DNA of 64,000 nucleotides, from assembly GCA_951406725.2 (NCBI GenBank), contig OX597816.1, positions 71,238,001 through 71,302,000 on the forward strand, in the 5' to 3' direction. The notes under the pieces were generated by a model. It was given only the letters and a program-made list of their open reading frames with translations. It did not search any database and was not told the origin of the DNA. Every line of letters begins with the position of its first letter. Positions within the stretch are counted from its first letter, which is position 1. Of this stretch, positions 49,741 through 64,000 are shown piece by piece. A program made the translations under genes and the position numbers. The stretch is from Octopus vulgaris. Taxonomy: Eukaryota.

Positions 49741-52700
49741 ATATGATGTGACACCTATTTGGGTCCTTGTAAGCAGCAACAATTAATTCATCCTTTGCTT
49801 TATCACTATCACATGTACATTGGGGTACCTTTTAATAGTGTGTATGTTGTTAGCATTCAGATCAGGTCTTAGGTTTGAGAGTAACTTGATATTTTGGTGT
49901 GTAATTCATGTGCTGTGATTGCTCCCTATCTTTTCCCCTCTTGTCTTTGAGGTGGCCCTGCAGATATAAAAAAAAGTTAAAAATCATGGGCAGCACCCAT
50001 GATTTTTGTTTGCAGGACCAGTTCTAAGACTAATAAGGGCAACCTCTTCCAAGAATGGTGAGGGGCCACCCCTTCCAAAACTAGTGAAAGACCACCACCA
50101 AGACTCTGACTGACCTATAATACCACCCCACTCCCCACAAAAGAAAAAAAAAAAAGAAACAGGACTGAAATATATTCAAAATAGTCGAGTGACACACATA
50201 CACCCCCACACAGAAATTACTAAAATATTTTGTAATTTTAGTAAAGCCACACCTAAGTAGTTACTGAGACTGTTTTGATTTTGTTATTTGTGCAGGCTTA
50301 TCTGTACAAAACAGAGGAATGATCAGCCAAGATCATTCCTCTGTTTTATATATCAAGGGTTATTTTGTCCAATATGTCCTTTCCTTTTTTTAAGATGGTA
50401 GAGAGAAATTTGACTTCTATTTCCAGCTGATCAAACTACTGCATAGGATCCCATTCATTTCACTTGCTTGGCCTGCTACAAACAGCGAGGCTAGCTTAGA
50501 TAATGTGACCCTATATATCCCTAAAAGGACAAGATGGTCACAGATAGTGCCTTTAATCATAAGTCTGCTTAATTAGAAAGTATTGATTGCCTGTCTTGTA
50601 ATAATAGTTAGTATGCAGGGGTCAAGGTCATTGAATCGACTAATTTTATCAACTTCTAAATATGATAATGATTCAGTGATCTCTGCAGTTTCTGGTTACC
50701 ATTTCTGACTTCTGTCTTAGATGTTACACTGGTTCAGACAGAAGCACGTAGTACATCATCACCAGCAGCAGCACCACCACCATTACTATCATCAGCATTA
50801 TTTTATATTTTCTTTTACCATACTGGTTGGACGAGACTTATTGACTTTTAATGTTTTACAACCAGATGCTCTTTCTGTCACTAGCCTTTACTTGTTTTGC
50901 AAGTAAGGTATTTTTATTCTACAGTGTTTCACACATCAAAACCAACAGCACTGCCAAACTATGAGATATACCCTATTTTAACATGTATAAGGAGACCTAT
51001 TGAGTCAAGTACATCAATATCAAAATAAATATGGAAATTGTAGTTAGTATACCTGTGCTGGTGGCACATAAAAAGCACCATCTGAGCGTGGCCGATGCCA
51101 GCACCGCCTTGACTGGCTTCTGTGCTGGTGGCATGTAAAAAGCACCAACTGATAGTGGATGCTGCCTGCCTCCCCTAGCACCTGTGCTGGTGGCACGTAA
51201 AAAGCACCCACTACACTCATGGAGTGGTTGGTGTTAGGAAGGGCATCCAGCTGTAGAAACACTGCCAGATCAGACTGGAGCCTGGTGCAGCCTCCTGGCT
51301 TCCCAGACCCTGGTCAAACCGTCCAATCCATGCTAGCATGGAAAACGGACGTTAAACGATGATGATGATGAAGGAACTCTTGTGTATAAGGAAACCCCTA
51401 ATTTTTGGGGCTTCTGTTCAGTTTCAATCTACCAAATCCACTCACAAGGCTTCGATCAACCTGGGACTATAAAAGATACTTTCCCAATGTGTCATGCAGT
51501 GGGACTGAACTCAGAACCACTTGGTTGAGAAGCAAGCTTCTTGTCTCGCAACCACACTCATGCCTGCACCTCTTTAAGAACAGTCTAAAACAATAATTGA
51601 TGATGGTCATGGTTCATTGTTAGTATATTTTATCTTTTAATCTAGAGATAATAAAGCTCCTTATCAATTGTGAGACCATTTCCTTTACATAATCTTTAAA
51701 TAGGGTTCAAATATTTGTACAGAAAAATAGATGTCCCAACATTGATGACGATGGTGTAGCATAAGAATGATCAGACTGAAGTCACAGTTTACTTTTGATG
51801 GTCTGAGTGAAAATGATGCAGGATTTACAGACAGAAAACACACATACACTACAACATAGATGCATATATAAGTACTTGTAGCTGGCAGTGATACACACAC
51901 ATGCACACACACACGATTATGTAGGTGTATGCAGACATGCATGTCACTATCACATAAACACATACATTGATACTTCCAATAGGTAGGCATACACACGATT
52001 TCATATACATATATATTCCACACACTAGTGTCACATATGTGCCAACATTGATATATATCCTGTTGGTAGTTGTACACACAGACATGAAAGAGTTGAAAGC
52101 ACAATAAGTGATATTTATAACAATGAGGTAGACACAGTAAAATCAGTTAAGAGGTCACAGACTTTGATTCTCTCAATGGAATAATTGAATTAACAAATCT
52201 AGTATTAATTACAATGCATGTGGCAGATGCCAGCGCTGCCTGACTGGCGTCTGTGTCGGTGACACATAAAAGCAGCAACCGATCGTGGCCGTTTGCCAGC
52301 CTGCTCTGGCACCTGTGCCAGTGGCACGTAAAAAGCACCCACTACACTCATGGAGTGGTTGGCGTTAGTAAATGCATCCAGCTGTAGAAACACTGCCAGA
52401 TCAGACTGGATCCTGGTGTAGCCTCCTGGCTTCCCAGACCCCAGTCGAACCGTCCAACCCATGCTAGCATCGAAAACGGACGTTAAACGATTAAGATGAT
52501 GATGGTTATTATTAACTAAGGATTCTGCCAAAATGTAATGTTTCAACTCTGTTACCAAATGTACATATGTATGCACATACATAAAAAATATATATTCACA
52601 CATACACACACACACATTTTGTGTGTGTGTATCGATATATTTTGTATATGTGTATGTTTATATATATAGTTTGTGTATGTGTGTATGGAGCTAAGTGAAA

Positions 52701-55700
52701 TTGTAGTCATGGCAGATACTGGTGTCCTGTAACTGGCACCTGTGCCAGTGGCACATAAAAGCACCCATTACATTCCCAGAGTGGTTGGCTTTAGGAAGGA
52801 CATCCAGCTGTAGAAAACCGTGCCACATCAGACTGGAGTCTGGTGCAGCCCCTCAGTTTGCCAGCTCTCGTCAAACTGTCCAACTCATACTAGTATGGAC
52901 GTTAAATGTTGATGATGGTATATATGGCAAATTGGCCAAGTTGTTAGAGCATAAGATAAATTACCTTGTGGTATTTGTTCTGGCTCTCCGTGCTTTGGGT
53001 TCAATTCCTCTGAGGTACACTTTGTTTATCATCCATTCGAGTTTGATAAAGAACCAGTCGTGTACTAGGATTAATTCTCTCTGTCTCTCATTTTGGAAGA
53101 AATTGGCTAAGGTTAAACCTGAAGAAGGGAACAGTTCTGTCAAGTCTAAAAATTGTCCAAGACACTGTATGTCATGAAAGTGCCCCCTTTGACTCCATCA
53201 GTAGACTCCAAGCAAGACGTGTGTGTGAATGCATAAATATACATTTACTTACTTGTATGCATACATGCACAAATATATTTATGTAAGCATCTGCACATAA
53301 GAGTAGTTATTTTATCAGCTATTACAACGACGCTGATATTTATCCATCAACAAATAGTCAGCATTATTATTGGCTTCTAACTAGGTGAAAGGGCATTTGT
53401 GATTTACATCCAATGCTAAATGCCATGGTGAGTTGTGTATTTGTCCTCGGTTCCCTGTGCTAAAGAGACAGTAGAATATAATATTGGAGTAAATTTTTAT
53501 CAATGTATAAGAGTAATTACAATTTGTGAATGATATGTTTAAAAAAAAAAAAACCAACCTTTGAACAATGCAAGTGGAAAGTTAAGTAAGATATGTAAAG
53601 TGCTGTCAGTAAATGTCATCTTAGATTGTGCGATACATTTCTAATATTTTGGGAAAGACTCTCCTTATCAAATATAAGAGAGAAAACAATCCGAGAGTTT
53701 AGAGAAAGTGTTACTTACTGGCAGGCAATTCTGGTGTGTTTAATTTCATCAGTATTTAGTTTTGTCCATAACTTTTTTTAGTTGAAACACTACCAGGTCA
53801 GATTGAAATGATATAGCATATCTGTAGAATATATTTATTAATGGAATATGTGTGTGTAACAAAACTGCACTGAGATTTGGTGTATTATACAAGATCACAC
53901 ACAAGCATGTGGGACTAAGAGGAAGAGCATACAAAGCACAAATCAGAAACCCCTTGAGTCTATGCTCAACCATTTCAGTATAGTCTGAAAGAAAGCTCTT
54001 TGGATCATTGGAGTCGACAGTTGATTCCATAAAAAAGCTTACCATCAGAACACAAGTTGTTGCAGTAACAGTACTTAGATTTATAGCTTGTATATATGAT
54101 TATTTATGTTCTATCTGATAGAGAATCTCTCTTTTAAACCATTCCAGGATCATTGTTTTCCATCAAAAGTACCAATAAGTAGACTCAAGTTAAGTGAAGT
54201 AGCTACTTCAGTGAACTGACATCAGATTGTAGACAAAATTTGAGGCCAACTTCCTTTTACATGATATTGTTCATGTGTGTGTGTGTATGATTAAGAAGTC
54301 TGCTTCAGAATCATAGGGATCTCAGATTCAGTTCTTTTGCATGGCACATGGGTAAGTGTATTCTGCTGAAACCCTGGGGTGACCTAGTAGTGAATTCGGT
54401 TGATGGAAACTAAGAGAAGCCTTGTGTGTGTGTGTGTGTGTGTGTGTATTTAAACTAGTTAAATTTCAGTTTTTAAACTTTTTACTGTGGGATTTCAGCA
54501 ATGTATTCATATCATTTTAAAGTTCCACAGCAAAATGCTTAAAAACCTACAGGGGTATAAAAAGCATGTGTATATATTCATATGGTTGTGTGTGTGTGCA
54601 TGTGCATGCACATGTGTGTGTGTGTGTGATACTGTTTTTCCTTGAACATTTAAACAGCTGTACTATATTGTTTTACCATTGCTTGTTATAGAAGTGACTA
54701 AAAGGGATGGCATCAAGAAGGATATCTGATCAGAAAATAGTGTCTTAAAATGTTATGTCTAACTTGTGCCAGCATAGAAAGTCATCATCATCATTTAAAG
54801 TCTGTTGTCCATGCTGGCATGGGTTGGATGGTTTGACCAGGGCTAGTAAACTGAAGGGGTGCCCCAGACTGCAGTCTGATTTGGCATGGTTTTTATGGCT
54901 TGATGTTCTTCCTAATGCCAACCACTCCAAGAGTGTAATGGCTGCTTTTATGTGTCACCGGCACAGGTACCAGTTGTGTGATAACAGTATGTGCCACAGC
55001 TACGATTTCACTTGGCTTGACGGGTCTTCTTCTCAAGTACAGCAAATTGCTAAAAATGTAAGTCATTTGTCATTGCTTCCATGAGGCCCAACACTTTTTA
55101 CATGCCACTGGCATGTGTGCCAGTTACACGACATCGGCATTGGTTACATTGCCTCCGTGAGGCTCAACGCTCGACAGGAGCTTTTTACGTGCCACTAGCA
55201 TGGGTGCCAGTTGCCTCTGTAAGGGCCAATGCTCAAAAGTTGTTTTTAACGTGCCACCAACACAGGTGCCAATTATTTGAAACCAGCATCAGGTATGACT
55301 ATGATTTTTTTTGACAAGTCTTCTGAAGCACAGTGTATTGCCAAAGGTCTCAGTCATCTGTCATTGCCCCTGTGAGGCCCTACCTTGATAATGCTATATT
55401 GTACCAGCTGCTTCCTTGGTTGTATCTGTATTAAATAAATTTAGATACTGTAAAACACTCAACCTTTTAGCATTTAAACCTGCCCTGTCTCGCCCAAAAT
55501 ATTTTGCTTGTTTTACATTCAAACTGACTAGATCCAGCATATCACACTTATCCTACAATGTCATTCTAAAAATAAACAGTCGCATCATTGAAATCTTGAA
55601 GCTGCAAGATAATGCATGGCTAATTCAAAACATTGTGAATAAATTAGAATTTGCAGAGTAATCTGATTGCTAAAGTAATCTGATATTCTGTTGAAGACAA

Positions 55701-55998
55701 TTATGTAACCTACTCTGTGGAATTTAGTATTTATATCTAAACCACAACTGGCCTTCCACCTTGCCAAAAATAAAACTGACAACCTGTTGATAGATAAATC
55801 TCATTGTTATTGTAATAGATGAGAAAATATGTAGTCTCATGTACATGTGTAAATGTATTTGTGTGTGTGAGAAAAAAAAAATATATGTCTGGAAAAATAA
55901 TATATATATGTCTGACACAGTTTTGACACTCATTAGATCCTGTCAAACTGTCCAACACATGCTAGCATAGAAGATGAACATTAAATGATGATGGTCAT

Positions 55999-56036
<38 letters not shown>

Positions 56037-57234
56037 CACTTTACTCTTTTCAGTCATTTGACTGGCCATGCTGGAGCACTGCCTTTAGTCGAGCAAATCG
56101 ACCCCAGGACTTATTCTTTGTAAGCCTAGTACTTATTCTTTCAGTCTCTTTTGCCGAACCGCTAAGTTACAGGGACATAAACACACCAGCATCAGTTCTC
56201 AAGCAATGTTGGGGGGACAGGCACAGACACGCAAACATGCACACACATACACATATATCATGCTAGCATGGAAAGCGGACATTAAACGATGATGATATAC
56301 ATATATACAATGGGCTTCTTTCAGCCTCTGTCTGCCAAATCCACTCGCAAGGCTTTGGTAGGCCTGAGGCTATTGTAGAAGACACTTGCCCAAGGTGCCA
56401 CGCAGTGGGACTGAACCCAGAACCATGTGGTTGGTAAGCAAGCTACTTACCACACACCCACTCCTACATATATATATATGATGATGATGATGATGAAGTT
56501 CAGCAAAATTTAGATTCAGATGAATATGGTATTTAAGTTAAAGGCACCAGAATTTTGTATGGTATTATCCATATAAATCAAATGGGGTGATTATAATCAA
56601 AATAAGCCACAAGGATATCCAAGGTAGAGTAGTTACAGTGTTTAATAAATACTTACAATGTTTAATAAAATGAAGTAGCATGAAACACTTGTACTACTCT
56701 ACCTTGGATATCCTTGTTGCTTATTTTGATTATACATATATATATATGAGTGAGTGGTCAAATGAAAGAAAGCGGCTGTATCTCTCCATTCAGTAAGCTG
56801 AGCCTGAATGACCTAGGTTTCTGTAAGAAGCCTGCAAAATTTCAAGTCACATGGAACTGAATCACGCTGTTTTAAATAATACACTTACACACATACAAAT
56901 AATGTTGGCAAGTGGCCTAGTGGTTAACATTTTTCGCTCATGATTGCAAGATCATAGTTTCAATTTCCGGACTAGGAGGTGTGTTGTGTTCTTGAGCAAA
57001 AGACTTCTTTTCTCATTGCCTTGCGACCACAATGATATCTCATGTATGGTACACCATCGACCTGCATAGGCAATGAGCTAATATACAGCACAAGCATTTC
57101 ATCACTGTAAGCAAACCATCTGTGCATGTTCATCTAGAAGTTGCGGAATGCTCATCTGTTGTCTACAACAGGAAAGCCCACTGTATGTGTGTGAGTGTGT
57201 GTGAGTGGATGCTTATGATAGCTGGTCAAAGGGG

Positions 57235-57940
57235 ATGACAGTGTCAATGCAAGGCATTCATCCTCCCCTGCCTCCAGTATGTCGTTTCTCATGGGATATA
57301 ATGTGATTGACAAGGCTGATATGAGACAGGCAGATCCTGTTGCACCGGGGTGGGTGTGGGAGTACCTGAAAGTGACCCTGAACAACAATTTCAGTGGGTT
57401 GATGATGATGACATCCCCTCCTGTCTTCGTATGTGGTGCTTAAAAAGACATGATCAAAGCTAAGTAAAAGCATGGTTGTCCTTGCATACACGCATGTCCC
57501 CTATATCTTTCTCCATCTGAGTGTTCCTAATCATCTGAGCTTGTAGGTGCTGGTGCCATGTAAGTGCACATATGTTGGTGCTGCATGTAAGCACCCAGTA
57601 CACTCTGTAAAGTGGGTGGCGTTAGGAAGGGCATCCAGCTGTAGAAACCATGCAAAAACTATCCTGGAGCCTGGGAAGCTCCTCTCAAACCTTCCAACCC
57701 ATACCAGCATGGAAAACGGACGTTAAATGATGATGAAGGCGATATATATATATATGTAAATGCTTGTGACAGTGTTGATCCAAGACCTTCATTCTTCTCT
57801 GCTTCCAATATGTAGTTTCTCATGGGAGCGAATGTAGTTGACAAGACTGATATTGAGATAGGCGGATCCTGTTGTGCTGAGGGCACTGAAAGAACCCTGA
57901 ACAACAACTGCAGGGGATTGATGACTACATCTCCTCCTCT
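57235..57940 (-). mobile_element. Two diverged RTE-like 3' fragments (about 57235-57420 and 57765-57940)
   Basis: Mutually similar; translate to CNRICLSHISLVNHIISH and ISLVNYIRSH, like the C-terminal C2H2-type motif of RTE ORFs. Confidence 0.55.
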
Positions 57941-60888
57941 CTTTATATATATAAAATGTATATACACATACATACACACTCTTGTATATGTTTAACAATA
58001 GCTTGGAACATATATATCGGGTCACCAAAATCATTTAAGTGCTTAAGGCCTTAAAGGGCTGGATTAGGATCAATAAAGTGCTTAAGGCCTTTATCGATCC
58101 TAATCCAGCCCTGTATTCGCTTTACATTTATTTGGTACTAGTTTTTGTAGATATTTTTTAATGTTTTGTCTTTTTAAATATTTGTTGCTTCTCCTTTTGT
58201 TATGTCAGTGTTGTCAGTCCTTATTTTACAGAATTGATGTGGTACCCCCAACCCATCTCTTGTCATAAAGAGTATACATGTGAGATGGCAAATTAAATCA
58301 TAGTTGTGGCCGATGCCTGTGTCACATAACTGGCACCTGTGCTGATGACACATAAAACGCACCTTTCAAACATTGGGCCTCACAGGGGCAATGTGGCCGG
58401 TGCCAGTGTTGCTTAACCGACACCCACACTGGTGGCTCGTAAAGAGCACTTTTTGAGTATTGGGCCTCAAGGAGGCAATGACAAATGATCGAAACCTTTG
58501 GCAATATGCCGGGCTTGAGAAAAAGACCCATCAAGCCAAGTGAAATAGTAGTGGGGTCACCACTACTATTAGTGATAGCGAGTAGTTTCATGCAACTGGC
58601 ACCTGTGCTGGTGACATGTAGAAGCACCTATTACACTCTGAGTGGTTGGAGTTAGGAAGGGCATGCAGCCATAGAAACCATGCCAGATCAGACTGGAGTC
58701 AGGTGCAGCCCCTCAGCTTACCAGCGCTGGTCAAACCTTCCAACCCATGCCAGCATGGACAACATACATTAAATAATGATGATGATGATATTAGATTTCC
58801 AGCAGTGTTTGGTTTATTATAGTTTGTAGTTGTATTTCTTTGCTAATTTGTTTCCACTTGTTTATTTGTTTCTCTGTTTGTTAGTTTGTTGGCCTTGTTT
58901 ATTTTAAATTGTATAGTCATGATGATTGTGTTCAACTCGTGTTTGGATGCTTGTAGTGTATTTTTGCTTTATCTTTTTTATGTCTTTTATCTTATTTTAG
59001 TCATTGTGTTGTGGCCATGCTGGGATATTGCCTTGAAGAGGCAAACAAATTGACCCTGGTATTTTTTTTTTTTTAAGTCTAGTATTTATTCTATTGATCT
59101 CTTTTGCTGAACTGCTAAGTTACAGGGGGTATAAAGAAACCAATACCTGTTACGCAGTGGTAGAGGACAAACCCAAATACACATACACACACACATGTGA
59201 TGGGCTTCCATAAAGCCTCTGTTTACCAAATTCATTCACAAGGTATTGATTGGCCCTGACGTATAGGAGAAGATGCTTGCCCAGGGTGCTGTGCAATGGT
59301 ATTGAACCTGAAGCCATGTGGTAGCAAAGCAAGCTTCTTAACCACATGATCCTTTTTTAAAATTTGTTTTTTATTTCTGTGTATATGCTGTTCTTTAAAT
59401 TACCACATCCTTAACATACATAGTTAGTTATGTTTTAAATACCCCCTTTAACAGCTGTTTCAAACACTGTTTTGGTGTACTTACCTCTAATGATTAGGGT
59501 AGAGGGACACAACAGCTATGAAGCTCTGACTGACTTCATCTTTTCTGCCTCTGCTATAGTTGCCATCATCACCACCACCAGCTATTGGAAGGTCTGTGTA
59601 GTCATTTGTTTGACCTGATACGAAAAAAAAAAATTATTTCACTTTCAAATCACACCTTACCATCTTAAGAAAAAAAGCAGTGAAAATTCACATTGAACTT
59701 GCACCTGACTAGCATAGCTCTTAGGATCATTTGGGTATACAAGCCATCACAATGCAAAAAGGACTGGGCCTTGTGGTGGATAGTGTACTTCATGGATAGT
59801 ATGTCTGTGATTGTAGGTCTGCGTGATCAGTGCATGTTGACCTGGAACTAAACCACAAGTGTGCAGAAGTTGACCGGACAGTAGAGAGAGTGCTCATGTC
59901 CAGACTGTCTCATTGCTATGTGGTCAAGAAGTTCATTGTTGGTTTGATTGTGTCCCTGTAACGTTAGCAGTTTGGCAAAAGAGACTGACAGAATAGGTAC
60001 CAGAGTTTTTTAAAACAAAAAGACAGGGGTCAATTTGTTCAACTGTACCTTTCAAGGCAGTACCCTGGTAAGGTACTGAAACAAGTAAATATGTTCCAAA
60101 CTCCAGCTTACTTGGACAAAGTTATTTTACTGAATCCCTCTAAATACTTGACCAATTTCGAAATTAATTGAAATGCAGACTGTATATTTTCATGAGATTA
60201 TTATATTAATTTGTGATTATTATATTTTTAATCCTTATGTGACAAAATCAGATCTCTTTTAATCCTTTCGTGGCATTTGGTGATGAAGTTAACAATATAA
60301 TTTTTCCAACTCCTGACAGTGGGCTAGTGTTTATAAATCTGTATGTGAATCATTGGATATATTCGCACGTCTTACACTTTGATAATCTCACAATTTATGA
60401 TTTTGGCATGTCTTACAATGTGTGTTTAATTGACGCATTAATTGGTTAGCTTGGTAAACTGAATAGAAGCAGCATGAGTGTTGTTAGCCTCAGGCCACTG
60501 TTGATCAAGCTGACCTGTGATCAAAGGCATTCTAGCTGTGAGCATTGTGTTTTTCTTTTTACTTTTGTTTTTCAAACACCATTTACCTAGGACCACATTA
60601 TCCATTGTAAGACTTGACAGGCATGATTTGAGGGAAATTTGGTTGCTATTACCATCAGGTTGAGTGATCACAAAGAGGGTTCTTTGTTGGTATGTTTGTT
60701 GGTTAGTGAATATAGTACACTCTCTCTCTCTCTCTCTCTTGTGCAAGTAGGTTATTTCAACATTTTTCTTTGTCCTTTGTGGAATTTATTGATGTCATGC
60801 AACTTTTTATATATTATTAGCTTCAAAATTTCTCATGTGATCAAAAAAGATTTCAGCATGGAAGACGGATATTAAATGATACATAAAT

Positions 60889-60919
<31 letters not shown>

Positions 60920-61156
60920 GTAGCTTCTAAATTATAACTATATAATGGGTGTTGAATCTGTGTCAGTAGTAATGTATATATCAAAGAGAGATTGTACACA
61001 CGCGTACACACCACTGTATGGAATCTGGTTTTAGATTAGGGTTTCTGTGTTGTGTGTTGTAAGAAGAGGTGGCTAAAATGGTTGTTGATCAGAAGGGCAT
61101 CTGGTTAGAATACCATGTAGCTCATGCCAGTTTGAAAAAACAGACAAGCATAAAAC

Positions 61157-61200
<44 letters not shown>

Positions 61201-61369
61201 TCGTTTAACGTCCGCTTTCCATGCTAGCATTGGTTGGACAATTTTGACTGAGGGCTGGCGAACCAGATGGCTGCACCAGGCTCCAATCTTGATTTGGCAG
61301 AGTTTCAACAGCTTGATGCCCTTCCTAATGCCAACCACTCCGAGAGTGTAGAAATATATATATATTATC

Positions 61370-61795
61370 AGTGGAGGGAAGTTGTGGGAAAGTGAGACTC
61401 AGCAACACATGGCACAAAGTAGTGAAAGCTGATCTCAAGATGCTGAACTTCACGAAGATGACAGAGGACGGAGATATGTGGCACATTTCTGTACTCAAAA
61501 AGCCCCAGCCACCACAACAGAATTGATACCCTAAAACCAAGGTGTCATTTATAAAAAAAAAACATTGGTGTGGATGCTGGTGCTATGAAAGAAAGCACTG
61601 GTGATGGTGCCATGTAAAAAGCACCCAGTACTCTATGTGAAGTGGGTGGGTGGTTGATGTTTGGGCATTCAATTGTAGAAAACAAGCCAAAACAAATAAT
61701 GGAACCTGGTGCAGCCCCTAGCTTTGCCAGTTCCTGTCAAGCCATCCAACCCATACCAGCATGGAAAACAGATGTTAAAATGATGATGATGATAT
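61370..61795 (+). mobile_element. Older RTE 3' fragment
   Basis: Degenerate VEGSCGKVR..TWHKVVKADLKML followed by the RTE-type 3'UTR and (GAT)n. Confidence 0.7.
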
Positions 61796-61800
61796 GATAT

Positions 61801-61846
<46 letters not shown>

Positions 61847-62079
61847 GAATTTATAATGTTTAGTTAGAATGTGAAATAATTCTTTTTTTTTTTTCTATGG
61901 AACAGTGGATGTTGAAGTACTTAAAACTATGAATAATAGCTTTGACTTTTTCTGTTCAAAAGGGTTTTTATCTCTGTATTAATGTGCTATCATAATGTCT
62001 TGTGTTTTGAGATCCACAGTTCCAAAAAAGTATTATATAAACACCCACACACTAATATATATATATTACTTCCTTATTC

Positions 62080-62365
62080 TTATTTAATCTAGTTTCAGCT
62101 CTCGAGCTGTGGCCATGCCATTTGGTGTTGCTACATAATTTTACTTAACGAATGTCTTTTAGGAATTGACATTTGGTGCGCAAGAGAGTTTGATGCAGCT
62201 GCCCTCATCTGCACCTCCTGCTGCGAGGCTGGTTCATCTGGGACACTTGACAGGAAGAGGTCCAGTTTTATTTTGAAGACACCTACATCCACCCCATGCA
62301 GGTCTCTCAGGTCCTTCGGGAGGATATTGAAGAGCTGTGGATCTCTGAAGCCCAAGCTATTGCAG
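62080..62365 (-). mobile_element. 3' fragment of the same CR1-like LINE family as 16889-20170
   Basis: SLGFRDPQLFNILPKDLRDLHGVD...QMRAAASNSL closely matches the ORF2 end; same 3' stem-loop. Confidence 0.92.
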
Positions 62366-64000
62366 TATATATATACACCCCCCGTGCCGGTGGCAAGCCT
62401 CGCCTGGCCCCTGTGCCGGTGGCAGTCCGTTGCCAGCCTCGCCTGGCCCCCGTGCCGGTGGCACATAAAAAGCACCATCCGTTCGTGGCCGTTTGCCAGC
62501 TCTGTCTGGCACCAGTGCGGGTGGCACGTAAAAAGCACCCACTACACTCACGGAGTGGTTGGCGTTAGGAAGGGCATCCAGCCGTAGAAACACTGCCAGA
62601 TTTGACTGGGCCTGATGAAGCCTTCTGGCTTCACAGACCCCAGTAGAACCGTCCAACCCATGCTAGCATGGAAAACGGACGCTAAACGACGATGATGATG
62701 ATGATGATGATGTATGTATGTATGTAAGATTCAAGGATCAAAGTGTAGGAAGAAAGTTAGCTTCAAGCAATCTGTAGTAAATATTAAAAATATACAACTT
62801 CAGGAACAATAGTGATTTATTGAGATGGAAGATTGTGGATTTTTTTGTATCGAAGATAAGCTAAAAAACATTTTTGGTATTTCACAGTAGGCGTCCAGGG
62901 CTGCCGGGGTATGTGAATAAGAATACAAGAGTTGAGGAGTAGATAAGATCAGGGCTACATATGTTTCATAGTAAGCAGAACCTTGGAAGTGGTAAATATC
63001 CAAGCGAGGTGTATACCACAGACTACTCGTCGGGCCAAGGGTATCTTGATTAAATAAAGTTTACATTGTCGCAAGGACGTACATGTTAACACACACACAC
63101 GTTATATCAAACCAATAAACTACTAGAATTTATGTAAATCTAGTTTATTGAGTGTTACTCTGTTGTGCCAAATTGCTCCCAGTGTTTAGTACTGGTGCTG
63201 TTGATGATGATGGTTGTGATAATGGCAATGCTCCAAGCAGCTGGTATACTGTGTCACAATTATTGTATCTAGGCTGTAGAAACTAATGTGTGTGAAAGTG
63301 TGTTATCTCTGGTTCAAAAAGTCAGAGGTTATTGTAATTATTTTGAAAAATTATATTCTATCTATTGTATTTATCAGCTGTGAAACTGAAGTTGGTGTGT
63401 GTGTCTGTGTGTGTTTATTTGGGTAGATATGTTTGTAAGTACAAAAAAAAAAAAAAAGCTGATGTAAAATTATGTCATAGTGGTTTGGATATCAGACCCC
63501 TAATTGTTAATAATAACTTATTTAAACACAAATAAAACAGAGAGCAAAATGATGTAGCAAAGACTTTTATGGATCTAAATATTAATTATTGATTAATAAA
63601 AACCAAAGCTGAAGGCTGTAAGAAGAGAAAGTGTTGTTTGAACATGAAGTGGATTGTATTCTCGTTTGTGAGAGCATTTGAGTTTATTTCAGATATTCTT
63701 ATTTTAAACATTGTTAGGCTGTGGGCTTCAATCTTGGACAGGGCCACAGGCTGTGTCCTTGAGCAAGACACTTTATTTTTATGTTGCCTCAGTCCCCTCA
63801 GCTGAAAATGGCTATCAATAAAAGTCGGTGATGGTGATGGTGTTGGCTTAACCTTGTAATGGTGGTTGATATCGTATTAACCTCAACATTGGCTGGGGTA
63901 TTTTGTCCTCTTGTATTTAAACACCATGGAATGGTAGGCATTAATTAATTTATTTATAATGATGATGTTGATGACAGCAATGAGGATGTTTGTAAGCAAA

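Noticed and set aside
53385-53427. Small plus-strand exon (ctag|...|gtgagt) as NISCH exon 2
   Set aside because: Stops in all three frames and no PX-domain similarity.
57235-57940. Tandem intronic snoRNA pair
   Set aside because: No properly placed C/D or H/ACA boxes; translation fits an RTE C-terminal zinc-finger-like remnant.
61198-61795. Twin-priming inversion of one RTE insertion
   Set aside because: The two halves differ in subfamily and divergence and each has its own (GAT)n tail, so they are independent insertions.

Overview
AT-rich, repeat-dense animal genomic DNA; the SINE/RTE/Penelope repertoire and the (TA)n/(CA)n/(GAT)n load look like Octopus (inference from recalled repeat families). 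Two host genes lie head-to-head. (1) A complete NKAP gene on the minus strand: 9 coding exons assembled by hand with GT-AG junctions and consistent phases, 21252->645, 601 aa, with an RS-rich N-terminus and the conserved C-terminal NKAP domain, plus a probable non-coding first exon near 25729-25790. (2) The first coding exon of a nischarin (NISCH)-like PX-domain gene on the plus strand (35960-36046); I could not find its exon 2 in the remaining 28 kb. Most other sequence is mobile DNA: a CR1/L2-group LINE with an intact 1034-aa APE+RT ORF in an NKAP intron, an ORF1-only (HAL1-like) L1/Tx1-type element inserted in a SINE, RTE LINE fragments and about 20 RTE 3'UTR copies, a bipartite non-autonomous RTE, three tRNA-derived SINE families, Merlin-like, hAT and mariner MITEs, a Helitron, and Penelope remnants with fold-back repeats. 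Main leads: (a) a splice acceptor at the apparent truncation point of the intact LINE that would fuse the NKAP RS exon in frame to the LINE ORF1 remnant upstream of the intact ORF2; (b) two SINE-LINE partnerships visible from shared 3' ends, one with compensatory stem-loop changes; (c) GG-terminal, 8-bp-TSD MITEs carrying (TTAGGG)n. Nearly all short ORFs in the supplied track are spurious translations of repeats.
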